Assembly: GCA_964016885.1 (NCBI GenBank)
Contig: OZ024741.1
Span: 325,686,001 to 325,750,000 of the forward strand
DNA: 64,000 bases
Origin: Eledone cirrhosa
Lineage: Eukaryota
Direction of reading: 5' to 3'
Shown piece after piece: positions 1 through 14,022 of this stretch; position 1 is the first letter of the stretch, and every line of letters begins with the position of its first letter. The position numbers were made by a program, and so were the translations under genes. The notes under the pieces are model-generated. The model did not search any database. It saw only the letters and a program-made list of their open reading frames with translations, and was not told where the DNA came from.

Positions 1-2050
1 GGATAACCTGGTGGGAGATGCGCAGACATGTGCTATCCCGTCCAGGTCCATCCACGACAACCTCCACCTCATGCGATACATCATAGAGAGGGTTGGGAAC
101 GAACCCGGCTTTGGTGGGGCCCTGATCAACTTGGATCAATCTAAGGCATTCGATAGGGTCGACCATGATAGGGTCGACCCGTTTTCAGGGGCTGGATCAA
201 TGCCATGCACAGCAGCCGCATCTGCTCTAGGGTCAAGGTGAACGGCTACCTCTCGGAGCCGTTCGAAATCGCGCGGTCCATCCGACAGGGGTTCCCTCTC
301 TCCCCCCTTCTGTATGTAATGACTCTAGAGCCACTGCTGCGGAAGTTGGAGTTGTTGCAGGGCATCCCGTTTGAACCGGGATTGCGGAAAGCGGTGTCAG
401 CCTACGCCGATGACATAACAGTAATGGTGTCGACGGCCTCGGAAATCGGGGCGTTCGGCACCTTACTGGAGGAGTACGAAAGGTTTACAGGGGCTAAGCT
501 GAACCGGGACAAGTCGATCGGTCTGCAACTCGGCACGTGGAGGGGCAGAACGATGCCCTCCGATGACGTCGTCGGGCGCTGGACGGAGGGCCCGGTGAAG
601 TTGCTCGGGGTCTGGTTCGGACCAGACCTCCAGGTGGAGAAGAACTGGGGTGAAGTAACGAAGAGGGTGTTTGCACTGACCCAGAAGTGGGCCGAGTGCA
701 AACTGTCCCTGAAAGGTCGGGCGGAGGTGGCGAACACTTATATAGCGTCCGTCATCTACTACCGCCTGACCGTTGTGCCTTGCCCGAGGGAAACGCTCGC
801 CAAAATGGAGCGCGCACTCTTCCAATTCCTTTGGAAGAAGCGGGCTCCTATGGTGAGGAGATCCATCTGCTGTCAACACCCTTCGAAAGGAGGGCTGGGG
901 ATGCCGTGGCTAATGATACGTAAACACGCATTAAGGCTACAGCACCTTCAGGTATTCCTCTCCGGTCAACCGGTGTGGGCCCCGTTTGTGAGGCGAGCCT
1001 TTCCCAGACTCGTCTCACTCACCGAGCTGCAATCCTGGGTCAAGCAAAGACCGAGAAAACTGGGCGCCTGGCACACCGAGTGTGCCCAGGCGCTCACGGC
1101 TCTCTGGCAAGCGGACTCGGCTGTCAGTGGAGAATCGCCCTCGTCATTCTATAGAGGGCTGGTGGTTAGCAGGTGCGACGACGCCCTCGGAGAAGCCCTA
1201 GGCATGGAGGAAGACGAACTGGCCAACCTGTTCGGTAGGACATTCAGCCCGGGACCCATGGATAACTTCCAGAGGTCCCTGGCCTGGCAATGCTACAGAA
1301 GGGCTCTGCCCATTCGCGAAAGGCTCTACAGACATGGGCGCCCGGGTAGGGACCCCTCGAAAAAGATCTGTCCCAGACGCGTGTGCGACGAGGAAACCGT
1401 TGCACACGCATTGGTACACTGCTCGGGCATTGCCGATCTGTGGGGCTATGTCGAACAGCTGCTGTCAAGGGTGGGACCGATCTGGTTGACCACCGAGTCT
1501 ATTGTAACGATCAAGCCGCCTCCCTTCTTCAAAAACGAAGAAGAGGCGGTGTTTCTGTGCGTAATAGCCATGGCGGAAGAGGTTGTATGGTGGACGCGTC
1601 TGAAAGGACTGAGGTCAGACACCTTTCTCTCTGGCCAACAACTGGTCCGTTTCTTCCGATATCATTTCGGAAGAAGGATCAGGATGGAGAGAGAGGTGCT
1701 GCACCCCAGCCGTTTTTATGAAAGATGGGTGAAAGTGGCGAGAATGGCTCGTGTGAATGGGCCTTCACTCTACATCAGACTATAGGTGAGGAAGATGAAA
1801 GACCAAGGGAGCACCCCTTCTCTGTGCTCCTGAGGAAAAGGGTTGCACACTTCTTTCGGGGGTGTTTGCGACCCCCCCAAGGCGCCTCCTCTCTATTGAG
1901 GATTTTGTTATATATTTTATTCTGTTATATTTTATTTTATTTTTATATTTTGTTATTGCCTCCTCCTTATTGAGGATGCCTTGTTTTGTAAACTCCCCCC
2001 TTTGTACTTGTCCCACTTTTGATGCCCTGGTGGCAAATAAAAGAAACATT
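1..2050 (+). mobile_element. E1: Tx1/L1-like non-LTR retrotransposon, 3' part (subfamily B), cut by window start
   Basis: RT motifs LDQSKAFDRVDH, IRQGFPLS, AYADD; ORF2 stop 1785; 3'UTR; AATAAA 2036-2041, then (TATC)n. Local duplication/deletion near 165-180 breaks the frame. Confidence 0.95.
205..1785 (+). pseudogene. E1 ORF2 C-terminal part (RT and C-terminal Zn motif, here CPRRVC)
   Basis: Near-identical to the C-terminal half of ORF2 at 10753-14022; frameshifted upstream. Confidence 0.9.

Positions 2051-2139
<89 letters not shown>
2051..2139 (+). repeat. (TATC)n tract between E1 and E2
   Basis: About 22 perfect TATC units. Confidence 0.98.
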
Positions 2140-2372
2140 TAATCTAGCTGTCGTCTGTTCTACAGCGTAGATGTAATTCACTTCGCGCAGAAGTTTTGTT
2201 CAAATTTATTGCGGAAATTTTGTAAGTTCAATTTTAATTTTGATACTATTGTGTAGCTTGAACCCCGTCTGAACTGTCAGGCGGTGGGTCAGCTCATCTT
2301 TACCCCTCCTAGGGGTGAAAAACCTGTTTTTAAAAATTTTGTGGCAAAAAAAATTTCAATCGTCTGACAGAA

Positions 2373-4288
2373 ATGTTAAACGAAGCGAACGAAAATAGTA
2401 GTGGAGGACAGCGGTAAGAGTTGTAAGCTCGCACGCTTTAGTCCCCCCTTCCTTCCCAACTAACGTCATAGAGAAGGAAGGAAAAAATAAAATAAAAACA
2501 GACGAATCTGCGGAGAAAAATGACGAAAACACAAATCTGGACATGGATTCCAACAACGAAAAAAAAAAATTTGAAAAATTGCATGACAATATTAATACCA
2601 CAAACAAAGACACAACAAACACAAAAATAACATTTGAAAACAACATCATAACAGAAAGCAAAGCAGACGACAAAGTCAATACCAATAATATTTCATTTGC
2701 ACAAACAACAAAGAAATCTTTAACATATATACCTGAAAATATTTCAGATGTGGCACAAAGAATTGCAGACGCCAAAAAATATATAACTGAAGGAGAAAAT
2801 GGTATTTTATCGGTAAAAATGCCTCAAGAACTCACCAAAGACATTGAAAGTCGAACGGTCGTTATCCGCACCATCAACAACATTTCAAAAATACCTGAAC
2901 AGCCAACTCAAACAGAAATCTAAACAGTACTTACAGAAGTACTTAATGAAACCACTTTCATAAGAAAAGACAGACTGTATGGAAGCCTAGCGATTATTAT
3001 GAAGAACGAATCGGCGGCAAAAAAATGTGCTTTGTCACCGATTCGTTCGAAAAATTTTACCTTTTATCCATCTTATATGGGTAAAAGAACTCAACGCATA
3101 TGGCTGGATGCAATGATGCCAGATGTGGACTACTGCTGGCTCATAGCTGGCTTCATCGATCCAGCGAATGACAACGTGATTTCCATTGGGAAAACCACAG
3201 GCAATGCGTTCAGTGGAACAGGTATAGAACTTGTAGTGCAAATGAAGCCTGAACGCATCGCCCAAATACCCGACAGAATCCTATTAGCGGGCCACGGGTA
3301 TATAAACATTAGCGTGGAGGGGAGAAGGCCGTCCTGTCATATCTGTGCAGGAAGAGGGCACCTGCAGGCGGCTTGTCCCCAACTCAACAAAAAGAAAACC
3401 CTGCTACCAACATCAGCTCCACCACCACCACCACCACCACAACAGATAAACAAACAACAAAACTCAGTCCCACCCAACCCGTCCCTCAGTAAAACTACAC
3501 CACCACCACAACACAAACAGTCACAACACATTACCCCAAAACAAAATACAGGCCCACCCAACCCCTCACTCAATAAAACAACACAACCACCGCAGCCACA
3601 ACACACAACACAGTCTAACATAGTGACATCCATCTCCCCCACAAAGAAAACCAACACGGAAACATTACCAGCAAACATACCTCTTCCCTCCAACACTGAA
3701 GATAACCCAACGAATTCGGAGGAAGAAACGGAGTCCTTCAGACAGATTAAAAGGAAAAAAAGAAAACATGTGCAAAACACACAAGGCCAAACAACCCCCA
3801 CCCAAATGTCAACACAATCCAACAAAACACAAAACACCCCTCCAGCAACAAACAAAACCAAACCTACCCCTCCCCTCTTCGAAACACTCACACCATCCGA
3901 AAAAAAGACATTACACTATACTTACATCAACAGAAACAATAATAAATTAAATGAACTCATAAACAATAATCCTTCGGTACAAACCGAAGGTGTAAACTTT
4001 GTTTCTTCAGAAAACTACCCACATTTAAAATTAATAAAGATCCCAATGAACCTCTACCAAAAACTAAAAAAGGATTTTAAGGTGGACGTAAGTCCACCCT
4101 CTGTCAAACCCATAAACCGCGTCCTACTAAAAAGCTTTCCCCCTCCCTTTCTCCTCCCCAACACAACTCCAAACACCCCAACCCCACCACACACTGACGA
4201 CCCCACACCACCACAAGACACCCCTTCACCCAACACCACCTACCCCATGGAAGTCGTGCGACCCGAACCCCGGGAAGCAGAAAGGTAG
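2373..4288 (+). pseudogene. E2 ORF1 (gag-like, CCHC knuckle), premature stop
   Basis: ORFs 2543-2923 and 2999-4288 share a frame, separated by TAA at 2921-2923; knuckle CHICAGRGHLQAAC; start uncertain. Confidence 0.85.
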
Positions 4289-4321
4289 GTCTCTACACTC
4301 TCCTTTGGCTTTGCCGCCCAC

Positions 4322-7300
4322 ATGGATGTGTTAAGAGTAGGATGTTTGAATGCACGTGGCCTGGGCTCTACTTGGAAGCAAGCAAAGCTTCTAAATGACC
4401 TCAGGTCATGTGGTATAAATGTAATGGTTATCTGTGAGACTCGGATCAGCGTCGTGCGGCAGCTGACCCCTACCTTCGATGAATTTGAGGTGCATGCATC
4501 TCTCTGTCAACCTGGAGGTGGGGGTGGGGTTGTCGTACTGCTGCAAAAACACCTGGGTCTTGCCGTACAGGTTGTTCACTCGGACCCGGAGGGTCGTTTG
4601 TTGGTGCTAGACGTTGGCAGTAGTGAAGGTGCGGCCTTGAGACTGGTCGCCGTCTACTCCCCTTTCGGAGCTGAACAGCCCGACTTCTTCCAGCGTTTGG
4701 AGACTTTTCTGGGAACGTCGCGTTCCCTGCTTCTAGCGGGGGATTGGAATGACATCCTAGATGCACGTTGGGACTATGCAGGAGCATGTCCTAATAGAGG
4801 GGGGTGTAACAGCCTCAAGGGGTTACTCGACCGCTTTAACTTGGTCGATAGATATCGACTAGATTTTCCAACTGTGCCTACCTGGACTTGGACGAACCAC
4901 AGTGGTCAATCTAGATCGTACTTAGATAGATTCTTAGTTAGAAGTAAGGATAGGGACATATTAAGCTGTCCAGAAATGCTCACGGTTGGCTATATGGATC
5001 ACAAATTAGTGACCTGCGTAGTCAATCTCGAGAAAACACATAAACAGGGTCCCGGTTACTGGAAACTTAATTTGTCTTTACCGGCAAAAGAGACTTACAG
5101 AAACCGGATTAGCAGATTAGTTAATGAGAGGTTGACGGGTGCAATCGTCAACAACCGATGGTGGGCATCTCTCAGAAGAGAGATTAGAACAGAATCAATA
5201 AATTATAGCAAGATGTTAGCTGCCGATAGGAATAGAAACGAGAAAGAATTAACAGGTAAATTAGAAGAGGCAATCAAGAGCGAAGATGTGGCCAGACTGC
5301 TGGCATCGAGGACGGCCTTGAACCAGTTTTTCGATGCAAAGCACGAAGGCTGCGTCATTCGAAGTAAAATACGTGCTCTAGGTAATGAGGGGGCCAAAGC
5401 CGTTGGCTGGGCCCGCGTGACAGAAGCTAAGAGTGGAAATCGATCCACCATCTGGTCGTTGCAAGACGAGGATGGACGGGTGATCCGGGAGACTAAGCAG
5501 ATGTGCGAGGCCTTTCAAAGGCACTTTGCCCGATTATTCGGGGGAAGCGAGGGCCCGGGCGGGGACGTGGATTTCGGTCCATACCTCGACGGCTTGCCGC
5601 GTCTCTCGAGCGAAGAGGCAGAGTCCTGCGAGGGACCAATCTCGGCTGATGAGATCGGGGATGCGCTGAGCCAATGCAGCAGACGCAAATCTCCATGTCT
5701 CGATGGTATACCTTACGAACTTTATTTAGCAATGCCGGTCTTCTTCTCCGAACTCCTCGAAGCGGTCTACTGCAACTGGCAACAGAACGGGAGAATTCCT
5801 TGTTCTGTAGCCAAGGGCGTAGTCTCGCTGGTGAGGAAGGACGAGAACAAGGGGGATAGTATAAATAATTTTCGGCCCATAACCCTGCTAAACACAGAGT
5901 TAAAGATTTTGGCCAAGGTGTTAGCAAAGAGGTTGGCGCTTGTCGTGGGTAGCCTGGTGGGAGATGCGCAGACATGTGCTATCCCATCCAAGTCCATTCA
6001 CGATAACCTCCACCTCATGCGATACATCATAGAGAGGGTTGGCAACAAACCCGGCTTCGGTGGGGCCCTGATCAACTTGGATCTGTCTAAGGCCTTCGAT
6101 AGGGTCGACCATGGTTACCTGGATGCGGTGCTAGCGGCGGCTGGGTTCGGTCCTGTTTTCAGAGGCTGGATCACTGCCTTACATAGCAACCACATCTGTT
6201 CTAGGATCAAGGTGAACGGCTACCTTTCGAAGCCGTTCGAAATCACACGATCCATTCGACAGGGGTGCCCTCTCTCCTCCCTTCTGTATGTATTGATTCT
6301 CGAGCCTTTACTGAGGAAGTTGGAGTTGTTGCAGGGTATCCGCCTGGAACCAGGATTGAGCAAAGCGGTGTCGGCCTACGCCGATGACGTAACAGTAATG
6401 GTATCGACCGACTCGGAGATCGAGGCGATCGATACCTTACTGGAGGATTACGAAAGGTTGTCAGGAGCGAAACTGAACTGGGAAAAATCCATCGGGCTGC
6501 AACTCGGAACGTGGAGAGGCAGATCGATGCCTCCCGACGGTGTCGTCGGACACTGGACGGAGGGCCCGGTAAAGTTGCTTGGGGTCTGGTTTGGACCGGA
6601 CCTCCAGGTGAAAAAGAACTGGGACGAGCTTACGAACAAGGTGTTTGCACTAACCCAGAAATGGGCCAAGTGTAAGCTGTCCCTAAAAGGCCGGATGGAG
6701 GTGGCGAACATTTACATAGCGTCCGTCACTTACTACCGCCTGACTGTCGTGCCTTGCCCTAAGGAAACATTCACCACCATGGAACGCATGCTCTTCCAAT
6801 TTCTTTGGAAGAAGCGCCTTCCTATGGTGAGAAGATCCATCTGCTGCCAACAACCTTCGAAAGGAGGGCTGGGGATGCCGTGGTTGATGATGCGTAGGCA
6901 CGCATTAAGGCTACGGCACCTACAGGTATTCCTCACTGGTCAACCGGTGTGGGCTCCGTTCGTGAAACGAGCCTTTCCGAGACTCGTCTCGCTCACCGAG
7001 CTACAGTCCTGGGTCAAGCAAAGATCCGGAAAACTGGGAGACTGGCACACTGAGTGTGCTCAGGCGCTCAGCGCTCTCTGGCAAGCGGGCCAGGCCATCG
7101 GTGGAGAATCCACCTCATCATTCTATAGAGGGCTGGTGGCTAGCAGGGGCGATGACACCCTTGGAGAATAGCTGGACATGGAAGAGGACGAACTGGCCAG
7201 CCTGTTCGGTAGGACTTTCGGCCCGGGACCAATGGACAACTTCCAGAAGTCACTAGCCTGGCAGTGCTACCGGGGGCTCTACCCGTTCGAGAGAGGCTCT

Positions 7301-7758
7301 ACAGACACGGGCGCCCGGGCAGGGATCCCTCAAAAAAGATTTGCCCTAGATGCGTGCGTCACGAAGAAACCGTTGCGCACGCATTGGTGCAATGTCCGGG
7401 CGTGGCTGATCTGTGGGGCTACGCTGAACGACTGCTGTCGCGGGTGGCGCCGATTCAATTGACCGCCGAGTCCGTGATGACAATCAAACCGCCTCCCCTC
7501 TTCACAAAGGAAGCAAAGGCGGTTTTTCTGTGCGTAATAGCCATGTTGAAAGAGGTTGTTTGGTGGACACGATTGAAAGGTCTGAGGTCAGGCAACTTCC
7601 TCTCTGGCCATAGTCTGGTCTACTTCTTCCGATATCACTTCGGAAGAAGGATAAGAATGGAGAGAGAGGTGCTTGGCCACAGGCAGTTTTATGAAAGGTG
7701 GGTGATAGTGGCGAGAATGGCTCGTGTAAATGGGCCTTCTCTGTATACCATCCTGTAG
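4322..7758 (+). pseudogene. E2 ORF2 (APE + RT + CCHC), stop at 7169-7171 and frameshift near 7275
   Basis: NARGL, ICET, GDWN, SYLDR, MDH (APE); AYADD (RT); CPRCVRHEETVAHALVQC. Confidence 0.92.
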
Positions 7759-7888
7759 GTAAAGAAGTAAAGGAGAGGGGAGCACCTTCTCCATGTGCTC
7801 CCCGGGCAAAGGATTGCACAGTTTTTCGGGGGTGTGTGCAACCCCCATCACGTCCCCTCCCTTTTGAGGTTATTTTCGATTATTTTCA

Positions 7889-8418
7889 TGACCACCGAGT
7901 CCATTGTCATGATCAAACCGCCACCCTCCTTCAAAAACGAAGGAGAGGCGGTTTTCCTTTGTGTGATAGCTATGGCGAAAGAGGTTGTATGGTGGACAAG
8001 GTTGAAAGGGCTGAGGTCAGACACCTTTCTCTCCGGCCAACAACTGATTCTTTTTTTCAAATACCACTTTGGAAGAAGAATCAGGATGGAGAGAGAGGTG
8101 CTGTACCCCAGCAAGTTTTATGAAAGGTGGGTGAAAGTGGCGAGAATGGCCCGAGTGAATGGGCCTTCTCTCTATATCAGCCTGTAGATTGAGGAAAAGG
8201 AGGAGGAGAGGAAAGGAGTACAAGCTCTTCGTACTCCTGGAGATGAGGGTTGCACATTTTTTTCGGGGGTACCCATATAAACTGTCTCCCTCTATTGGGG
8301 AAAATCGACTAACTTTTAAATTCCATCTGTGATAACATTTTACACGTTTTTATTGTATGTAAACTTCCCCCTTTGTATTTGTCCCCTTCTTTTGTGCCCC
8401 TGTGGCTAATAAAGAAAT
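7889..8418 (+). mobile_element. E2b: 5'-truncated copy (subfamily C, ~530 bp)
   Basis: Near-identical to the 3' end of E13; ORF2 stop 8187; AATAAA then TATC. Confidence 0.93.
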
Positions 8419-8419
8419 A

Positions 8420-8502
<83 letters not shown>
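8419..8502 (+). repeat. (TATC)n tract
   Basis: About 20 units. Confidence 0.97.
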
Positions 8503-8725
8503 ATGCTGGGATGGACACACGCGTATAACTTGCTGAGTAAGTTCTGTTTAAATTTCTATAGAAATTCTTGTCTGTTAACTTTAATTGTTGTACCATTTTG
8601 TAGAGGGACTGCCAGGTCAAATTTTGATCTGGTCGGTCTCTCAAAATATTCTGCGCCTTTGGGCGAAATAGTATTGTGAACATTTTATCTTTCGAAAAAC
8701 TTCGAAAAACCCTATTTTGAGAAAA

Positions 8726-8899
8726 ATGGCTGAAGCATCTTCACCATCAATCAAAGAAGGAAAGGGGAAGTCATACTCACAGCTTCCCCCTGCCACTGTC
8801 ACAGCAGCAGATGCCAAAGACAGAGGTCAGAGAGAGCAAGAATTGTCTTCACCTGTTGACCGACCACTAGATGTAGCCACAACTACACAAGAATTTGAA

Positions 8900-8930
<31 letters not shown>

Positions 8931-10573
8931 GCAACAATAAAGACAACAAAAACAACAACAACACAAACGTCACAAGTATCCACACACCAAACGAAAAAGA
9001 CAACAACAACAACAAAGATGAAAACAACTCAAACGACGAGAAACAAAACAATACTAAAATCCAAAACGAAAACAAAATATCTTTTGCACAAACGGCTAAA
9101 TTCTCAGTCGCTTATGTGCTGGAAGATATTTCAAAAGCAAAAGAAATGCTGGAAAAAGCCAAGAAATATGTGTCTTTTGGCGAAAACGGTTCGTTTTCTA
9201 TACATTCACCTCCGGAGCTAAAAAGACAGACGGAATTACGAACTGTCGTATTCCGAACAATTTTAAATAAAACAAAGAAACCAGCGCAACCATCTCAAGC
9301 GGAAATTCAGTTAGTCTTGAAAGACGCGATGAGAGATATCACTTTTATACAAAAGGATAAACTCTATGGGAGTTTATCCATATTGATGAAAGACGAATTG
9401 GCGGCAAAAAAATACTCTGTGTCGCCAATTCGGTCCACACACTACACCTTCTTCCCCACCTACATGGGTAAAAAAACCCAGAGGATATGGATAACCACCA
9501 TCACCCCAAACATAAACTACTGGTGGTTACTAACCGGTTTCCTCAATTTAGACGAGGACAACCTCATTTCAATAGGGAAGGCATCCGGCGACGCGTTCAG
9601 TGGAACGAGCATCGAAGTTCTGACCCAAATAAGGCCAGAACGCATCGCCCAAATCCCTGAGCGCGTCATGCTGGATGACCGTACCCACCTCAACATTATT
9701 GTGGAGGGTAGGCGTCCCTCCTGTTACCTCTGTGGCAATAGAGGTCACCTGAGGGCTGCCTGTCCCCAGCTCACACAGAAAAAAACACTGCTACCAACAC
9801 CAACACCACCCCAACTACAACAACAAAAACAACCACAACAACAACAAAAACCAACAACCCCACCACCACCACCACAACAACAACAACAAACACGTGAAAA
9901 AATAACACAGAATACTGTCTCACCCAATCCCTCCCCACCCAAAACAAATACAAAAACACGCACACCGCAAACACTACCAGAAAACATACCCCTCCCACCC
10001 AACAAGGAAGACGAACCTCTTTCGTCGCAAGACGAAAAAGATCCCTTCCAACAAGTAAAAAGAAAGAAGAGGAGACGCACCACAGACACACATGTTAACT
10101 TTAACCCCCCCCCCCCAAGAGAACACAAACTACACACAAACCACCCCTCCCTGTCACACAACACTAACTGCTACACAAAAAAAGACCTTACAATACACAT
10201 ACATGAACACAGACAAAGAATTACGGAAAACAATTTCAGCAAACCCGTCGGTCCAAACTGAAGGGCCAAACTTTATAACTGCTGTGGGACTACCTCATTT
10301 GAAAATGATAAAAGTCCCAATGCACTTGTACAAAACACTGAAAATAAATTTCACGGAGGACGTGGGCCCCCCCGGCGCCACACCAATCAACCGCGTCCTC
10401 CTAAAAAATTTCACCCCCCCCCACCCCACCCAGACACCCACTCAACCACAAACACCCCAACCCCACAACACACCGATGCCCCTTCTCTTCCACAAACCAC
10501 CACCCCACCCAACAACCCATCCCCAACCAGCATGGAAATTGAGCGGCCCGTTTCCCGGGACGCAGAGAGGTAA
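8726..10573 (+). pseudogene. E3 ORF1, frameshifted in C-rich runs
   Basis: MAEAS start; knuckle CYLCGNRGHLRAAC; C-terminal block in ORF 10092-10610; homologous end MEIERPVSRDAER* at 10532-10573. Confidence 0.85.
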
Positions 10574-10597
10574 GTGCCTTTTCTCTTTACCACCAAC

Positions 10598-13500
10598 ATG
10601 GCTGTGCTAAGAGTAGGATGTCTAAATGCGCGTGGCCTGGGCTCGTCTTGGAAGCAAGCAATGCTTCTAAATGACCTCAGGTCACAATCTATAAATGTGA
10701 TGGTTATCTGCGAGGCCCGGATCAGCTAGCCCCCACCTTTGACGACTTTGAGATGCACGCATCTCTCTGTCAGCCCGGAGGTGGGGGTGGGGTTGTCGTT
10801 CTGCTGCAAAAACATATGGGCCTTGCAACACAGATAGTTCACTTGGACCCAGGGGGTCGACTGGTGGTGCTGGACCTTGGCAGTGGTGAAGGTATAGCCT
10901 TTAGGCTGATAGCCGCATATGCCCCTTTTGGGACAGAGCGGCCCGACTTTTTCCAGCGTCTGGAGTCTTTTCTAGGGACGTCCCGTTCCCTGCTTTTAGT
11001 GGGGGATTGGAATGGTATCCTGGATGCACGTTGGGACTATGCAGGGGCATGTCCCGATAGAGAGGGGTGCAACAGCCTCAAGGGGTTACTCGGCCGATTT
11101 GACCTGGCCGATAGATTTCGACTAGATTTTCCGACGGTGCCAACCTGGTCTTGGTCAAATCGCAGCGGATCATCTAGATCGTACCTAGATAGATTTTTAG
11201 TTAGAAATAAGGACAGGGACTTTTTAAGTTGTCCAGAAATGCTCATGGTTGGCTATTCAGACCACAAGTTGGTGACCTGCATGGTCAACCTTGATAGAAC
11301 GCATAGACAGGGCCCCGGTTACTGGAAGCTCAACTTGTCCTTGCCGGCAAGTAGAGCCTACAGGAATCGAATTAGTACGTTAGTTAAGGAACGGTTGACT
11401 GGAGCGATCGTCAACAGCAGGTGGTGGGTATCTCTAAAGAGAGAGATTAGAGTAGTCTCGATAGAATTTAGTAAGGTTCTAGCTGCGGATAGGAATAGGA
11501 AGGAAAGGGAGCTAATAGATAGAGTAGAAGAGGCAATTAGAAGCGGCGACGTGGCCAGAGTGCTAGCGTCGAGAACGGCTTTGAGCCAGTTTTTCGACGC
11601 GAAGCACGAAGGCTGCGTTGTCCGAAGTAAAATACGTGCTCTAGGGAACGAGGGGACCAAAGCTGTTAGCTGGGCCCGCGTGACAGAGGCCAACAGTGGA
11701 ACTAAATCCACCATCCGGTCTTTGCGAGACCTGGATGGACGGGCGATTCTTGAGCCTAAGCAGATGTGTGAGGCCTTTCAAAGGCACTTTGCCCGACTGT
11801 TCGGGAGGGGCGGGGAGCCGGTTGGGAACATGGACTTCGGTCCATACCTCGACGGCCTGCCGCGCCTCTCGGACAGGGAGGCGAAGTCCTGCGAGGAGCC
11901 GATTTCGGCCGCTGAGATAGAGGACGTGCTGAGCCAATGCGGCAAACGCAAATCCCCGGGTCTCGATGGTCTTCCTTACGAATTATATCTAGCTATGCCG
12001 GACTTGTTCCTCGATCTCCTCGAGGCGGTCTACTGCAACTGGCAACATAACGGGAGAATTCCCTGTACTGTGACCAAGGGCGTAGTCAAGCTAGTGAGGA
12101 AGGACGAGAACAAGGGGGACGAAATAAGTAACTTCAGGCCCATAACTCTGCTAAATACAGAGTTACAGATTTTGGCCAAGGTGCTAGCAAAGAGGTTGGC
12201 GCTTGTCGTGGGCAACCTGGTGGGAGATGCGCAGACATGCGCCATCCCGTCTAGGTCCATCCATGACAACCTCCACCTCATGCGATACATCATAGAGAGG
12301 GTTGGGAACGAACCCGGCTTTGGTGGGGCTCTGATCAACTTGGATCAATCTAAGGCGTTCGATAGGGTCGACCATGGTTACCTGAATGCGTTGCTAGCGG
12401 CGGCAGGCTTCGGACCCGTTTTCAGGGGCTGGATCACTGCTATGCACAGCAGCCGCATCTGCTCTAGGGTCAAGGTGAACGGCTACCTCTCGGAGCCGTT
12501 CAAAATCGCGCGGTCCATCCGACAAGGGTGCCCTCTCTCCTCCCTTCTGTATGTGTTGACTCTCGAGCCACTACTGCGGAAGTTGGAGTTGTTGCAGGGC
12601 ATCCCTTTGGAACCGGGATTGCGGAAAGCGGTGTCGGCCTACGCCGATGACGTGACAGTAATGGTGTCGACGGCCTCCGAAATCGAGGCGGTCGGCACCT
12701 TACTGGAGGAGTACGAAAAGTTCACAGGGGCTAAGCTGAACCGGGACAAGTCGATCGGTTTGCAACTCGGCACGTGGAGGGGCAGACCGATGCCCTCCGA
12801 TGGCGTCGTCGGACGCTGGACGGAGGGCCCAGTGAAGTTGCTCGGGGTCTGGTTCGGACCGGACCTCCAGGTGGAGAAAAACTGGGCGGAGGTTACGAAC
12901 AGGGTGTTTGCACTGACCCAGAAGTGGGCCAGTTGCAAACTATCCCTGAAAGGTCGGGCGGAGGTGGCGAACACCTACATAGCGTCCGTCATCTACTACC
13001 GCCTGACCGTAGTGCCCTGCCCAAGGGAAACCCTCACCAAGATGGAGCGCGCGCTCTTCCAATTCCTTTGGAAGAGACGGGCTCCTATGGTGAGGAGATC
13101 CATCTGCTGTCAACACCCTTCGAAAAAAGGGCTGGGGATGCCGTGGCTAATGATGCGTAAACACGCATTAAGGCTACGGCACCTCTACGTATTCCTCACC
13201 GGACAACCGGTGTGGGCCTCGTTTGTGAGACGAACCTTTCCCAGACTCGTCTCACTCACCGAGCTGCAATCCTGGGTCAAGCAAAGACCGAGAAAACTGG
13301 GCGCCTGGCACACTGAGTGTGCCCAGGCGCTCACCGCCCTCTGGAAGGCGGATCCGGTTATCAGTGGAGACTCCACCGCAACATTCTATAGAGGGCTGGT
13401 ACGCAGCAGGTGCGACGACGCCCTCGGAGAAGCCCTAGACATGGAGGAGGACGAACTGGCCAGCCTGTTCGGTAGGACATTCAGCCCGGGACCTATGGAC

Positions 13501-14022
13501 AACTACCAGAAGTCCCTGGCCTGGCAGTGCTACCGAGGAGCTTTACCCGTTCGAGAAAGGCTCTACAGACACGGGCGCCCGGGTAGGGACCCCGCCAAAA
13601 AGATCTGTCCCAGATGCGTGTGCGACGAGGAAACCGTTGCACACGCATTGGTACACTGCTCGGGCGTAGCCGATCTGTGGGGCTATGTCGAACAACTGCT
13701 GTCAAGGGTGGGACCGATCTGGTTGACCATCGAGTCTATTGTAATGATCAAGCCGCCTCCCCCCTTCAAAGATGAAGCAGAGGCGGTGTTTCTGTGCGTA
13801 ATAGCCATGGCGAAAGAGGTTGTATGGTGGACGCGTCTGAAAGGACTGAGGTCAGGCACCTTTCTCTCTGGCCAACAACTGGTCCGTTTCTTCCGATATC
13901 ATTTCGGAAGAAGGATCAGGATGGAGAGAGAGGTGCTGCACCCCAGTCGTTTTTATGAAAGGTGGGTGAAAGTGGCGAGAATGGCCCGTGTGAATAGGCC
14001 TTCTGTTTACATGAGCCTGTAG
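10598..14022 (+). pseudogene. E3 ORF2; short deletion near 10726 breaks the N-terminus, remaining 1089 codons open
   Basis: ATG 10598 (MAVLRVGCLNARGL) ends at TAG 10727-10729; ORF 10753-14022 holds the rest of APE, RT and CPRCVCDEETVAHALVHC. Confidence 0.93.

Larger units (their letters stand above)
2140..7888 (+). mobile_element. E2: full-length-type copy (subfamily A), inactivated, 3'UTR truncated
   Basis: 5'UTR with hairpins, ORF1, 33-nt spacer, ORF2. The 3'UTR stops near 7888 and joins another copy without AATAAA or TATC. Confidence 0.93.

Noticed and set aside
402-879. Recurrent antisense and alternate-frame ORFs over ORF2 (MFATSARPF..., MIRAPPKPG...)
   Set aside because: Shadows of a GC-rich coding frame, repeated only because the element is repeated; variable starts and lengths, no motifs.
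2051-2139. Target-site duplications
   Set aside because: Cannot be distinguished inside a perfect tetranucleotide repeat.
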